Counted from the first letter of the stretch, positions 8,549 to 18,506 are shown. The stretch is 64,000 bases of DNA from Candidatus Aminicenantes bacterium (GCA_026393865.1 JAPKZI010000043.1:20519-84518), one strand, 5' to 3'. The notes: a model not told the origin generated them from the sequence alone. Numbers and translations: made by a program.

Positions 8549-9306
8549 AACCGGTAGTTCGCCTGTTTGACGAGGCGGCGGTAGTCCTTCCCCCACATCT
8601 CGACGACTTTGCACATCTCGTAGATCCGCGAGCGCAGGCGGTAACCGATGCGGTCGATCAGGGTGTCATCCCCCTTTTTGTTCATCTCGGTCTTTTTAAA
8701 CATAGGCTGGCGGGGGTCCTCTTCGTCCGCGGTATCGAGGAAGTTCGAGGTGAAGATCGTCATCTTCTTCTGGTTATAGCGGTGGTTGATGATATAAAAA
8801 ACCGTCTCTTCGACCCAAGAGGACGACCGTTTCGCCCCGAGCTCGTCCAGAACGAGCACCTTGCTCTCAAAGACGGGTTCCAGTATATCCGATTCCGACA
8901 GGACGGAATCCGGGGTGAACGTGCTCTGAATGTCCCGGATGAGGTCGCGGAAATCGTAGAACAGGCAGGGCGCGCTTTTTTGCTGCATCAGCTCCCGAAT
9001 GATCGCCACGGCCAGGTGCGTCTTGCCGACGCCGGGGGGACCGATGAAGAGGAGGCCAATCTCCTGGACGGGATAGTTATCGACGATCTTCTTGGAGATC
9101 TTGAGCGCGTCGCGGTGCGAATCGTCGTGGATCTCGAAATTGCCGAGCCCGCATTTTTCGTAGCGTTTCGGGATGCGCGCCTTCTCGAGCAGGGCCCGGC
9201 CCTGGCGCTCGAGGAAACACCGGCAGCGCCGGGCCTCGGAGCGGCCCTCGATGTCCTCGAGGACCCAGCCCGTGTCCTGGCACAGGGAGCAGACAGTTTC
9301 CGTCAT
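8545..9306 (-). CDS. DnaC/IstB-like AAA+ ATPase (putative helicase loader) with N-terminal Cys-rich segment
   Basis: Walker A GPPGVGKTHLA and Walker B VLVLDELG. N-terminal CSLCQDTGW...CRC. The start ATG overlaps the sigma gene stop (TAATG). Confidence 0.8.
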   Translation of the reverse strand: MTETVCSLCQDTGWVLEDIEGRSEARRCRCFLERQGRALLEKARIPKRYEKCGLGNFEIHDDSHRDALKISKKIVDNYPVQEIGLLFIGPPGVGKTHLAVAIIRELMQQKSAPCLFYDFRDLIRDIQSTFTPDSVLSESDILEPVFESKVLVLDELGAKRSSSWVEETVFYIINHRYNQKKMTIFTSNFLDTADEEDPRQPMFKKTEMNKKGDDTLIDRIGYRLRSRIYEMCKVVEMWGKDYRRLVKQANYRF

Positions 9307-10148
9307 TAGTTCAAATATCCTCTCAGCTGCCGGAGCGCGCTCGACCGGGACAGCCGATGCATCGCTTTCTGTTCAATCTGCCGGATGCGTTCGCGTGTCA
9401 GGTGGAGCCGGTCGCCGATCTCCTGGAGCGTCAGGGGCTGGTCGTCGTCCAGCCCGAAACGCAATTTTAACACAAGAGCTTCCTTCTCATCCAATTCCTC
9501 GAGCAGCTCCCGGATCTGGTGCTGGATGGAGCTCTTGATGATCTGGTATTCCACGGAGGGCGAGATCTCGTCGCTGATCTTCTCTTCGATCGCCAGGTCG
9601 TCCTCGTTGAACCTGTCGCTCAGCGAGACATCCTTCGCGGCGAGTATTTCCAGGTCCTCCAAATCGATCGCCGAGATGCCCATGGCCTTGGCGATCTCCT
9701 CGCGGGTCGGCTCCCGCCCCAGTTCGGCCTTCAGTTGGACCGCTTTCCGTTTCATCTGCAGGATCTGGTCCGACAGCTTCTGGGGGATATGGTAAATGCG
9801 CGCCGATTGGGTCAGGGCATGGATGACGGCCTGGCGGATCCACCAGACGGCGTAGGAAATGAACTTGACGTTCCGGTGAGGGTCAAAGCGTTTGGCCGCC
9901 TCGATCAGGCCGAGATTGCCTTCGTTGATGAGGTCGAGGAGGCTCATCCCCATCCCTTGATATTTTTTCACGTAGGAGACCGCGAACCGGAGATTGGCCT
10001 CGATCAGCTCTTTAATCGCCGTGGGATCGCCCTGGTGGATGCGCAGTCCGAGCGTCTTTTCCTGTTCTTCGGTGTGAACCGGGAACTTGGAGATCTGTTC
10101 CAAGTAGAGTCGGAGGTTGCGCGATTCTAAGTAATCCTGGTAGTTCAT
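9306..10148 (-). CDS. RNA polymerase sigma factor, sigma-70 family (RpoD/RpoS-like, 280 aa)
   Basis: Region 2 (EGNLGLIEAAKRFD, ISYAVWWIRQAV), region 3, and region 4.2 (LTLQEIGDRLHLTRERIRQIEQKAMHRL). Confidence 0.9.
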   Translation of the reverse strand: MNYQDYLESRNLRLYLEQISKFPVHTEEQEKTLGLRIHQGDPTAIKELIEANLRFAVSYVKKYQGMGMSLLDLINEGNLGLIEAAKRFDPHRNVKFISYAVWWIRQAVIHALTQSARIYHIPQKLSDQILQMKRKAVQLKAELGREPTREEIAKAMGISAIDLEDLEILAAKDVSLSDRFNEDDLAIEEKISDEISPSVEYQIIKSSIQHQIRELLEELDEKEALVLKLRFGLDDDQPLTLQEIGDRLHLTRERIRQIEQKAMHRLSRSSALRQLRGYLN

Positions 10149-10243
10149 GTCGCTCGGGTCAAACCTTCCCCACCCCCGGGAATATCCTTCTCGAAGTCCG
10201 TCATTCCATTCTTCGGACTGAAAGGGTCCGTCCCTTCCCTCCG

Positions 10244-10654
10244 TCAGGCTTTGCCGATCTTGACGATCTTCGTCTGGGTCAGCGGGACCAGGCCGCTCCG
10301 CCTGTTCTCGAACTCGTCCTCGCGTCCGGAGAAGAATTCCTTTTTGACGAATTCCAGCAGCTCGTTGACCTCCGCCTCGATCCGCTCCATCCTCTTCCGC
10401 ATGTTGAGGACGACATCGACGCCGGCCAGGTTCACACCCAGATCACGGACGAGGTTGAGGACGAGTTCCAGCTGTTTTAGGTCCTCGTCGGTGTACAGGC
10501 GGGTGTTCCCCTCGCTGCGGGACGGCCGGAGCAGGCCTTCCCGTTCATACAGCCGCAACGTCTGGGGATGGATGTTGTAGCGCCGGGAAACGCTGCTGAT
10601 ATGATAGGTGGTCCGAGTGTCCTTTTCCCCCGCGCCCGATGTCCGTTTTTTCAT
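10244..10654 (-). CDS. hspR: MerR-family heat-shock repressor HspR
   Basis: YHISSVSRRYNIHPQTLRLYEREGLLRPSRSEGNTRLYTDEDL...GVNLAG resembles actinobacterial HspR. It is the last gene behind dnaK-dnaJ. Confidence 0.85.
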   Translation of the reverse strand: MKKRTSGAGEKDTRTTYHISSVSRRYNIHPQTLRLYEREGLLRPSRSEGNTRLYTDEDLKQLELVLNLVRDLGVNLAGVDVVLNMRKRMERIEAEVNELLEFVKKEFFSGREDEFENRRSGLVPLTQTKIVKIGKA

Positions 10655-10664
10655 CTCCGTTCCC

Positions 10665-11771
10665 TCACATCCCCTCCCGGGGGTTTGCGCCGGAAACCTT
10701 TTCCAGCTCCTTCATCAGCTCCCGGACTCTCTGGTCGGCGAACGGAGGCGGAACGATGCTCACTTCGACGTACTCGGCGCCCCGGGCCCGGCCGCCCGGC
10801 AAGGGCACTCCCATCTCCCGGATCCTGAATTTCTGGCCCGATCTCGTTCCCGGAGGGATCTTGATCGTCGAATGGCCATCGAGCGTGGGGACGTCGATCT
10901 TGGCCCCGAGCGTCGCCTCGGGGACCGTGATGGGGAGCTTGATATGAATGTTCGAACCTTCCCGCTTGAACAACGGGTGGGGGGTGACTTCGATGGTGAT
11001 ATAGAGATCGCCCGGGGGACCGCCGTTGGGTCCGGCGTTGCCCTTGTCCGGGATGCGGACCTTGGAGCCGGAATCCATGCCGGCGGGGATGCGGACGTTG
11101 ATGAGCTCGGTCCGCTGAACCGCGCCGTGTCCCCGGCACTCGGCGCAATCTTCTCCCCGCAGGGAGCCTCTGCCTCCGCAGGTCGGGCACATCGTCGAAG
11201 CCTTCAAGAAGCCGCGCTGGATAAAGGCTCGGCCGCTGCCTCCGCAGGCGGAGCAAGCCTTAGCCCGGCCGCTCTGGACCGAGCCCGTCCCGCCGCAGGC
11301 GGCGCAGTTGGCCGCTCGGTTCAACTTGATCTTGGTCTGCAACCCGCGGATGGCATCCTCGAAACCGACGGTCATCGTGTAAATGAGATCTTCACCGCGT
11401 TCGGGACGGACCTGGGCCGCCTGCCCCGCTCCGGCTCCTCCAAACATGTTCTCGAAGAAGTCGCGGAACGAGGATGTCCCGGAATCGGAGAAATTGAATC
11501 CTTCGAACCCGGACGTATACGTCCCCTGCGGACCTCCGCCGGCCGGGGGCCTGTCGCCCGCGAAGCCGAATTGATCATACTGGCTCTTTTTCTTGGGATC
11601 GCTGAGGACGGCGTAGGCCTCCTGGATCTCCTTGAACTTGGCCTCGGACGACTTGTCCCCGGGATTGAGGTCGGGATGATACTTGCGGGCCAGCTTGCGA
11701 TAAGCTTTCTTGATCTCGGCGACCGCCGCTTTCCGCTCGACCCCGAGGACAACATAATAGTCTTTGTTCAT
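10665..11771 (-). CDS. dnaJ: Molecular chaperone DnaJ
   Basis: J domain (YHPDLNPGD), G/F region and four CxxCxGxG zinc motifs. Confidence 0.95.
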   Translation of the reverse strand: MNKDYYVVLGVERKAAVAEIKKAYRKLARKYHPDLNPGDKSSEAKFKEIQEAYAVLSDPKKKSQYDQFGFAGDRPPAGGGPQGTYTSGFEGFNFSDSGTSSFRDFFENMFGGAGAGQAAQVRPERGEDLIYTMTVGFEDAIRGLQTKIKLNRAANCAACGGTGSVQSGRAKACSACGGSGRAFIQRGFLKASTMCPTCGGRGSLRGEDCAECRGHGAVQRTELINVRIPAGMDSGSKVRIPDKGNAGPNGGPPGDLYITIEVTPHPLFKREGSNIHIKLPITVPEATLGAKIDVPTLDGHSTIKIPPGTRSGQKFRIREMGVPLPGGRARGAEYVEVSIVPPPFADQRVRELMKELEKVSGANPREGM

Positions 11772-11826
11772 GGCCGGTCCTCCCGGCGCGTTCTATAATA
11801 CACAAGAACCCAAGGTTCTTGTAGCC

Positions 11827-13755
11827 TCAATTTTTCTTGCCGTCGTCCACGACCTCGGCGTCGATGACCTCGCCTTCGTCGCTCCCGGACTTGTTCCCGC
11901 CCGGGCCCTTCGACTCCTGCGGCTCCGCGCCGCTCCCGGGCTGGGCCTGCTCCTGGGAAGCCTGCTGGTACATCATCTCGGTCAACTTGTGCGAAGCCCG
12001 GGTGAGGCTTTCCGTGGCTTGCTTGATCCGGTCGAGGTTTTCACTTTCGATGGCCTTCTTGGTGTTCTCGATCTCAGTCCGGACCTTCTCGGCCTCGGCC
12101 TCGGGGACCCGCTCCTTGTTTTCGCGAAGGAGTTTTTCCAGGCTATAGACGAGCTGGTCGGCCTGGTTCTTAGCGTCGATCATTTCCCGCCGCTTCTTGT
12201 CTTCGGCGGAGTGGGATTCGGCATCCTTGACCATGCGGTCGATCTCCTTTTGGTCGAGCCCGCTGTGGCCGGTGATCGTGATGGCCTGCTGTTTGCCGGT
12301 CCCTATGTCCTTGGCCGTGACATGGAGAATGCCGTTGGCGTCGATATCGAAGGTGACCTCGATTTTGGGCACGCCCCGGGGAGCCGGGGGAATGCCGTCG
12401 AGATGAAACCGCCCCAAGGTCCGGTTGGCACTGGCCATCTCCCGTTCGCCCTGGAGGACGTGGATCTCGACGCTCGGCTGGCTGTCCGACGCCGTCGAGA
12501 AGACCTCGGTCTTCTTAGTCGGGATGGTCGTGTTCCGGGCGATCATCTTGGTGAAGACGCTACCGAGGGTCTCGATGCCCAGGGTCAGCGGGGTCACGTC
12601 GAGAAGCAGGACGTCCTTGACGTCGCCGGACAGGACGGCGCCCTGGATGGCGGCGCCGACAGCGACGACCTCGTCCGGGTTGACGCCCTTGTGAGGCTCC
12701 TTGCCGAAAAGGTCCTTGACCAGCTGCTGGATGCGGGGCATGCGAGTCTGACCGCCGACGAGGATGGCCTCGTCGATATCGGAAGCCTTCATGTTGGCGT
12801 CGGCCAAGGCCTGCTTAACGGGGGCCACGGACCTTTGGATCAGATCTTCCACCAGCTGTTCGAGCTTGGCCCGGGTTATCTTCATCAGAAGGTGCTTCGG
12901 GCCGGAGGCGTCGGCGGTGACGAAGGGCAGGTTGATCTCGGTCTCCATCGTCGTCGACAGCTCGATCTTGGCCTTTTCCGCGGCCTCTTTGAGCCGCTGG
13001 ATGGCCATCTTGTCCTTGGACAGGTCGATCCCCGATTCCTTCTTGAACTCGGTCACGATCCAGTCCTGGACCCGCTGGTCGATATCGTCGCCGCCCAAGT
13101 GGGTATCGCCGTTGGTCGACTTGACCTCGACGACCCCCTCGCCCACCTCGAGGATGGAGATATCGAACGTGCCGCCGCCGAAGTCATAGACGGCGATGGT
13201 CTGGTCCTTTTTCTTGTCCATGCCGTAGGACAGGGCGGCCGCGGTCGGTTCATTGATGATGCGGACGACCTCCAATCCGGCGATCGTGCCGGCGTCCTTG
13301 GTCGCTTTCCGCTGGCTGTCGTTGAAATACGCGGGGACGGTGATGACCGCCTTTTCGACCTTTTCGCCGAGATAATCCTCAGCTGCCTTTTTCAGCTTCT
13401 GGAGGATGAGGGCGGAGATCTCCGGAGGAGAGAACTTCTTGCCCAGGGTCTCGACCCTGACGTCTCCGTTGGGAGCTTCAGCGACTTTGAAGGGGACCTG
13501 CTTGATCTCTTCCGGAACCTCCTGATATCGGCGTCCCATGAATCTTTTAATGGAATAGACGGTATTTTCCGGATTGGTGACTCTTTGACGTTTAGCTACC
13601 TGGCCGACCAAACGTTCGCCTTTGGCCGTGAAAGCGACAACGGAAGGTGTTGTCCGTCCGCCTTCCTCATTGGGTATGACTGTCGGATTGTCGCCTTCCA
13701 TGACGGCGACCACCGAATTTGTCGTTCCTAAATCGATTCCAATAATTTTTGCCAT
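11827..13755 (-). CDS. dnaK: Molecular chaperone DnaK (Hsp70)
   Basis: [21 protein letters not shown]..., full-length Hsp70, 642 aa. AGGAGG RBS. Confidence 0.98.
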   Translation of the reverse strand: MAKIIGIDLGTTNSVVAVMEGDNPTVIPNEEGGRTTPSVVAFTAKGERLVGQVAKRQRVTNPENTVYSIKRFMGRRYQEVPEEIKQVPFKVAEAPNGDVRVETLGKKFSPPEISALILQKLKKAAEDYLGEKVEKAVITVPAYFNDSQRKATKDAGTIAGLEVVRIINEPTAAALSYGMDKKKDQTIAVYDFGGGTFDISILEVGEGVVEVKSTNGDTHLGGDDIDQRVQDWIVTEFKKESGIDLSKDKMAIQRLKEAAEKAKIELSTTMETEINLPFVTADASGPKHLLMKITRAKLEQLVEDLIQRSVAPVKQALADANMKASDIDEAILVGGQTRMPRIQQLVKDLFGKEPHKGVNPDEVVAVGAAIQGAVLSGDVKDVLLLDVTPLTLGIETLGSVFTKMIARNTTIPTKKTEVFSTASDSQPSVEIHVLQGEREMASANRTLGRFHLDGIPPAPRGVPKIEVTFDIDANGILHVTAKDIGTGKQQAITITGHSGLDQKEIDRMVKDAESHSAEDKKRREMIDAKNQADQLVYSLEKLLRENKERVPEAEAEKVRTEIENTKKAIESENLDRIKQATESLTRASHKLTEMMYQQASQEQAQPGSGAEPQESKGPGGNKSGSDEGEVIDAEVVDDGKKN

Positions 13756-13780
13756 AATTTCCTCCTATTTTAGTACGAAT

Positions 13781-13811
13781 ACAATATAAAATATTAGCAT
13801 ATTGTTGTCAA
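13781..13811 (-). promoter_or_regulatory. dnaK promoter TTGACA-N17-TATATT, overlapped by inverted repeat ACAATAT-N11-ATATTGT
   Basis: -35 at 13806-13811, -10 at 13783-13788, IR at 13781-13805. It sits inside a ~140-bp strikingly AT-rich tract (13756-13899) with TGTAAATA-like direct repeats. Confidence 0.6.
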
Positions 13812-13899
13812 GTTTTATTTACAATTTATATTACATTATATTTACATTATTTTTAATAAGATATAAAGAGATGATTTCTGCCAGGCCGATATTTCGTAA

Positions 13900-14553
13900 C
13901 TATCGGCTCGGCTGAAAGATCAGCGTACTATGTCCATCTAGGAACGACCAATAGATCGCTTGGGCGTCCTTTTCGCTGGGCATGACCAACTCTATTTCCG
14001 TGAAACTCTTTTTTCTCAGGGCGAACCAAAGAGTTTTTAGAGGCAGAATGGTATGCCAAGAAATGGTTTTTCCAACATTTAAAAGCGTCGGCCAAAAGCG
14101 CTTTGTCCTTGGTTTGACCGAGATGTGCACGTTTTGTCCGAAATGAAGGCTGAAGTGAACAGGCATATCCTTCAATTCTAGAACGCCCAGGTCGGACGAA
14201 TCCTTCTTTTCCTTGTCCGTCGTTTTTTGATCTTCCTTGCCGGGAGTTATGTTCGGCCGTTCCGGTTGCGACAAGGCGCTTTTCTTTTCCATCTTGAAGA
14301 CTTTAAGAGGGACGCTTTTTCCCCAGGAACGCGTCCTGGCGATGGTCCATTTTCGAAGGACCTGGCCTCTTGCCTTCAAGGAGACCGTTCGCTCCCCGAT
14401 ATCGATGATCATATACGTCCCGGGAATCTTGGCCAGGGAAAGCTCCGCCTCAAAAAACCGGTTCTTTTCGAAGAGATCAGCCCTCTCCTGGGCATAACCA
14501 GAAAGCACTCCGGCCACGACCAAGGTCAGGACGAGAGGCGAGCTTTTTTTCAT
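13900..14553 (-). CDS. Hypothetical secreted protein (no catalytic motif seen)
   Basis: 217 aa with a signal peptide (MKKSSPLVLTLVVAGVLSGYAQ). Visibly lower GC than its neighbours. Last gene of the L,D-transpeptidase cluster. Confidence 0.65.
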   Translation of the reverse strand: MKKSSPLVLTLVVAGVLSGYAQERADLFEKNRFFEAELSLAKIPGTYMIIDIGERTVSLKARGQVLRKWTIARTRSWGKSVPLKVFKMEKKSALSQPERPNITPGKEDQKTTDKEKKDSSDLGVLELKDMPVHFSLHFGQNVHISVKPRTKRFWPTLLNVGKTISWHTILPLKTLWFALRKKSFTEIELVMPSEKDAQAIYWSFLDGHSTLIFQPSR

Positions 14554-14563
14554 CTTTTCGGCG

Positions 14564-15211
14564 TCAATAGATATAGATCTTGGCTCCTATGGGAACCCAA
14601 TGGAAGACCTCTTCCAGATCCTTGTCTCCTACCCGGACGCAGCCATGGGTGACGTTACGTCCCAGCAATCTGGTATAAAGCGTCCCGTGAATGAAGAACC
14701 CGTCGCCGAATCCAAGAGCGTAAGCGCCGAGCGAATCGTTGTCGATGCGCTCGTTGAAATTGGCCGGCGGCTTCTCCCCTTCCTCGATGAACGCCCAGTC
14801 CGGCTTGATCCAGGTTGGATTGACGAGCTTGGACGTGACGCTGAATTCGCCGCGCGGCGTGTCGAAGATCCATTTCCGTTTTCCTCCCGTTTCCTCGAGG
14901 ATATCGCCCGAACCGCAGGACACGACAACCTCTTTCTGGACCTTTTCGCCGTTCATGACATAGAGCCGGTTCTCGGCCGTATCGACGACGATAAAGAGCC
15001 CTCTTGTGGCCAATGCTTTTAGCCGACCGGCCAAAGACGCGTTCTGCGATTGAAGCTCTTTCGGGCTTTTTATCGCGGCCGTTCGTCCGGTCTCTCCGGC
15101 CGGTTTCCGCGACCATCCGAAGATTTCGATCCCGTATCCGATCAATTCGCAACCGACCAGAAGTCCGGCAAGGACGATCAACGCCAAGGGCCAGCCTCTC
15201 ATCTTAGTCAT
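14564..15211 (-). CDS. L,D-transpeptidase (YkuD domain) lipoprotein
   Basis: Lipobox LLVGC. Catalytic signature FFIHGT...NVTHGCVRV. Confidence 0.85.
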   Translation of the reverse strand: MTKMRGWPLALIVLAGLLVGCELIGYGIEIFGWSRKPAGETGRTAAIKSPKELQSQNASLAGRLKALATRGLFIVVDTAENRLYVMNGEKVQKEVVVSCGSGDILEETGGKRKWIFDTPRGEFSVTSKLVNPTWIKPDWAFIEEGEKPPANFNERIDNDSLGAYALGFGDGFFIHGTLYTRLLGRNVTHGCVRVGDKDLEEVFHWVPIGAKIYIY

Positions 15212-16316
15212 GTTTCTCGAACTTCTTGATTTCGGCCAGAATGGTGTTCTCTATGGACACGGCCCCGACGATCGTGACGGCCGTTCCGACCTCCGCCCAT
15301 TTGTAGATCTCATCCATGTCCTTGTTTTCGAGGCCGACGCAGCCCGTGGTCAGGTTGTCTTTTCCGCCCCCGTGGATCTCGATGTATCCCCCGATCCCGG
15401 CCTTGGCCGGGATCAGGCCGTTCTTCTTGGCCAAGGCATAGGTCCGTTTGTCGTCTTCGTTCGGATAATTGATCAAAAGCGCTTTATGGAACGGGCTGTC
15501 CGGATATTTTCTGGTGATCCGGTACTTCCCTTCCGGCGTCGCCTCATCACCCGAATAGAGCTTGTCTGAAAGACCGTATCGGCCCAAGCCGATATCGAAG
15601 CGGGCGAGGACGGCGCCCTTCTTATAGACCGTCAGCTTTCGCTCGAGCTTATTGACGAGAAAAGCGACCGTTCCGTTCTTTCGGGAGTCGGCGACGGTTT
15701 CGTCGGCCCATGTCCGCCATTTGTCCATCTCCCGCTTGTCCAGATAGCGGCTGAGGATGTCCGTCATGGACCGCTCGGCTTCGCGGATGCAGCCCTCGAC
15801 GACGGCCAAGCTCTCCCCCACCGAACCGAACTGCTCTTTGCGGAGGAGCGTTTCCGTCTCGCTCAGCTTGATCTCGGCCTGCGACAGGCTCTTTCGGACA
15901 GGACCGTTCTCATTAAAATAATCGGTCATCCGTTTGAGCCGGACCACCCGGCCGGCGAGGTCCGCCGTCTGATGGGTGTAAAATTCGGCTTTCGAACCCT
16001 TGAGGGTCTCGATCTGGGCTAATAGTTCATCCCCTTTTTGGAGCAGATCGCGGAAATGCGCTTGGAGGGAGGAGTAATCCCGAAACCAGCCGAATTTGGC
16101 TTTCTCTTGAGCCAGCTTCTCTCGGCCGCTCTTCAGGTCCGCTTTGAATCGCTCGTAGCTTTGTTCGGCATAAAAAGACGCACCGGCCCTCCAGAGAGCC
16201 TGCTCCAGGTTTTCGACCTGTTGGGCTTCCGGAGGAACCGGTGCTGTTTTACAGGCAAAAGAGATCAGCAGGAATCCGAGTAGCAAGACGCCGCCGCTTC
16301 TCGACCGAGTCTTCAA
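15204..16316 (-). CDS. L,D-transpeptidase-domain protein with long helical N-terminal region
   Basis: 370 aa with a signal/lipobox-like N-terminus. C-terminal YIEIHGGG...TTGCVGL is a YkuD-like His/Cys motif. Overlaps the next gene by 8 nt. Confidence 0.8.
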   Translation of the reverse strand: MKTRSRSGGVLLLGFLLISFACKTAPVPPEAQQVENLEQALWRAGASFYAEQSYERFKADLKSGREKLAQEKAKFGWFRDYSSLQAHFRDLLQKGDELLAQIETLKGSKAEFYTHQTADLAGRVVRLKRMTDYFNENGPVRKSLSQAEIKLSETETLLRKEQFGSVGESLAVVEGCIREAERSMTDILSRYLDKREMDKWRTWADETVADSRKNGTVAFLVNKLERKLTVYKKGAVLARFDIGLGRYGLSDKLYSGDEATPEGKYRITRKYPDSPFHKALLINYPNEDDKRTYALAKKNGLIPAKAGIGGYIEIHGGGKDNLTTGCVGLENKDMDEIYKWAEVGTAVTIVGAVSIENTILAEIKKFEKHD

Positions 16317-16349
16317 CGGGACTTACTACTACCGGACAAAAAAAGGCCG

Positions 16350-16949
16350 TTATCCGATCTTCTTGCCCGTCACTTTTTCGATGGCGGCCTTGACCTGGGC
16401 GGCGACTTCGGCGGCCTTGGTCATGATCGATTTGGCCTTGTCCTGGGCGGCGATATAATCTTTGCCGTCAATGGCGGTCTGGATCTCGGCGAACGCGGTC
16501 TCGGCGCCGGCGAGATCGGCCTTCAAGGCATCGATGTCTTTCTTCGTGCCTTTGCCGGTCGGAGCCTTGGCTAAAAGAGCCTTCGCTTCGTCGATGGCCG
16601 CTTTGGCCTCACCTTGGAGCTTGAGGGCCTCGTTCTTGGCCGCTTCGATCTTGGCCGGGAGAGCGGTCTTGAGGGCTTCGATGTCCGTGCCCAGGCCGGT
16701 CAGCATCTCTTTGGCCTGGCCGAATTTCTTGAAGAACTTCTTGTCCTGAGCGGCGACTTCGTCCAGGGCGGCCGTCAGCCTGTCGTTCAAGCCCTTGAGC
16801 TCGGCGACGGCGTACTTGTCGGCGCCGGCCTTCGTGACTTCGTCAATGGCGGCCTTGGTCGTGTCGACCAGCTGTGTGGGGGCTTTACATCCCGTTAAAA
16901 CCACCGCGATCGCCAGAACCAAGACAAGATTTTTTGTGAACCCTTTCAT
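16350..16949 (-). CDS. Ala/Lys-rich helical lipoprotein (DUF4398-like by recollection)
   Basis: Lipobox VLTGC. Repetitive helical A/K/E-rich sequence (GADKYAVAELKGLNDRL...). Confidence 0.7.
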   Translation of the reverse strand: MKGFTKNLVLVLAIAVVLTGCKAPTQLVDTTKAAIDEVTKAGADKYAVAELKGLNDRLTAALDEVAAQDKKFFKKFGQAKEMLTGLGTDIEALKTALPAKIEAAKNEALKLQGEAKAAIDEAKALLAKAPTGKGTKKDIDALKADLAGAETAFAEIQTAIDGKDYIAAQDKAKSIMTKAAEVAAQVKAAIEKVTGKKIG

Positions 16950-17078
16950 GATTTGTACCTCCTCTCATGAAATTCCATATCTTGCAAAAAAAAATAATCG
17001 ACTCAATCCTCGTGGGTATTGCCTAAGCTGAGCCCGACAGGACACTCCGATGGCCCGATTTGTATCATAACTTCGGGT

Positions 17079-17116
17079 AAAAGTCAAATCCGGAAAATAT
17101 TTTTTCGCTTTCCGGA
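17079..17116 (-). terminator. Putative intrinsic terminator after the malic enzyme gene
   Basis: 8-bp stem TCCGGAAA/TTTCCGGA (17089-17096 / 17109-17116), followed on the minus strand by TTTGACTTTT. Confidence 0.45.
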
Positions 17117-17123
17117 CCGACCG

Positions 17124-18473
17124 TCATTTATCCGGGTCCGCGATAAAGCCTTCCTTCATCAGGAGCTGGACCTCGGCCCGGGCCTGTCGGATGATCTCTT
17201 CGGCCATCTTTAAACGCTCCGCGGCCGGAATATTCTTGCGGGCTACCCCCTGTTCGATGGCTTTGGTGCCGACAGCGACGGCCTCCCTGGGGAAAACGGT
17301 CCACTCGTCCATGTTCGGAACGATGTATTCCTCGCTGATGCCCTTGTCGTAGGCCACCTGGGCCAGCTCGTTGGCCGCGGCGAGGCACATCTCATCGGTG
17401 ATGGTCTTGGCCCGGACGTCGAGAGCGCCCCGGAAGATGCCGGGAAATCCAAGGGAGTTATTGACCTGGTTGGGAAAATCCGAACGGCCGGTGGCGACGA
17501 TGCGCGCCCCGGCTTCCGTGGCTTCCCACGGCCAAATTTCGGGGATAGGGTTGGCTTCGGCGAAGACAATGGCGTTGGGGGCCATGGTCTTGATCCACTC
17601 GGGCTTGATCGTGCCTGGCCCGGGAGTGGAGCAGCAGATAAGCACGTCGGCGCCTTTGATGGCGTCGGGGATCTGTCCCTGCTTGCAGCGGGGATTCGTC
17701 CGCAGGCAGATCTCCCATTTCTCCTTGAATTTCGCCTGGAGCGTCTCGCGGTCCGCGCGGTCGCGAGACAAGATGCCCTTGGAATCGACAGAAAGCATGT
17801 TCTCGGGGCTGGCGCCGGCCGTCATGATCAAGCGAGCGATATTGATCCCGGAAGCGCCGGAACCGACGACCGTGCACTTGATTTCTTGGATGTTCTTCTT
17901 GACGATCTTGAGGGCATTGAGCAGCCCGGCCACGGTGACGCAGGCCGTGCCCTGCTGGTCGTCGTGCCATACGGGGATTTCGCACTCGGCACGGAGCGTA
18001 TCGAGGATCTTGAAACATTTCGGCTGGGCGATGTCCTCGAGATTAAAGCCGCCGAAGGTCGGTTGAAGGGCTTTGCAGATGTCGATGATCTTGTCGGGAT
18101 CCTTTTCGTTCAAGCACAGAGGGAACGCGTCCACGCCGCCCAGGTACTTGTAGAGAAGCCCTTTGCCTTCCATAACCGGCAACCCGGCCTCCGGGCCGAT
18201 GTCCCCCAGTCCGAGGACCCGCGTGCCGTCGCTGATGACGGCGACGTTGTTCCATTTGTTGGTGTACTCGTAAGCCTTTTCGCGGTCCTGATGGATCTCC
18301 TTGCAGACCGCGGCCACGCCGGGCGTGTACCAAATGGCGAAATCGTTGAAATCCCGGACCCGGCATTTGACCGAAACGCCGACTTTGCCCTTGTAGAACT
18401 TATGAAGACGGGGCGCATCTTCGGAGGGTTGCCGGGCCTTTTTGAGCAACTCCTCGACGGTAACCTTTTTCAT
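17124..18473 (-). CDS. NAD(P)-dependent malic enzyme (short form)
   Basis: MKKVTVEELLKKARQP...TPGVA...VISDGTRVLGLGDIG...VVGSGASG. Start trimmed to the ATG at 18473 behind AGGAGG. Confidence 0.92.
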   Translation of the reverse strand: MKKVTVEELLKKARQPSEDAPRLHKFYKGKVGVSVKCRVRDFNDFAIWYTPGVAAVCKEIHQDREKAYEYTNKWNNVAVISDGTRVLGLGDIGPEAGLPVMEGKGLLYKYLGGVDAFPLCLNEKDPDKIIDICKALQPTFGGFNLEDIAQPKCFKILDTLRAECEIPVWHDDQQGTACVTVAGLLNALKIVKKNIQEIKCTVVGSGASGINIARLIMTAGASPENMLSVDSKGILSRDRADRETLQAKFKEKWEICLRTNPRCKQGQIPDAIKGADVLICCSTPGPGTIKPEWIKTMAPNAIVFAEANPIPEIWPWEATEAGARIVATGRSDFPNQVNNSLGFPGIFRGALDVRAKTITDEMCLAAANELAQVAYDKGISEEYIVPNMDEWTVFPREAVAVGTKAIEQGVARKNIPAAERLKMAEEIIRQARAEVQLLMKEGFIADPDK

Positions 18474-18506
18474 AATATGATACCTCCTAGAATATGAAAG
18501 AACGGT

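Noticed and set aside
10149-10243. Hairpin AGTCCG...CGGACT between hspR and the sigma gene as a terminator.
   Set aside because: It has only a 6-bp stem with a 14-nt loop and no U-tract on the minus strand, so the evidence is too weak.
11764-13731. 655-aa ORF antisense to dnaK. Similar long antisense ORFs occur at 1140-2549, 6755-8164, 21802-23088, 23627-24916, 36529-37887, 38558-39898, 43623-45242, 46954-48201, 55490-56917, 57453-58607 and 60336-61322.
   Set aside because: Each lies fully opposite a gene with strong family motifs. Their translations are Arg/Gly/Pro/Asp-rich and low-complexity with no motifs. Stop-poor shadow frames are expected in ~60% GC DNA.
13756-13899. HAIR (CTTGAGT-N7-ACTCAAG) or CIRCE (TTAGCACTC-N9-GAGTGCTAA) operators upstream of dnaK. 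A TTAGCAC half-site also occurs near 59309.
   Set aside because: No full inverted repeat matching either consensus was found by eye; only isolated half-sites are present.
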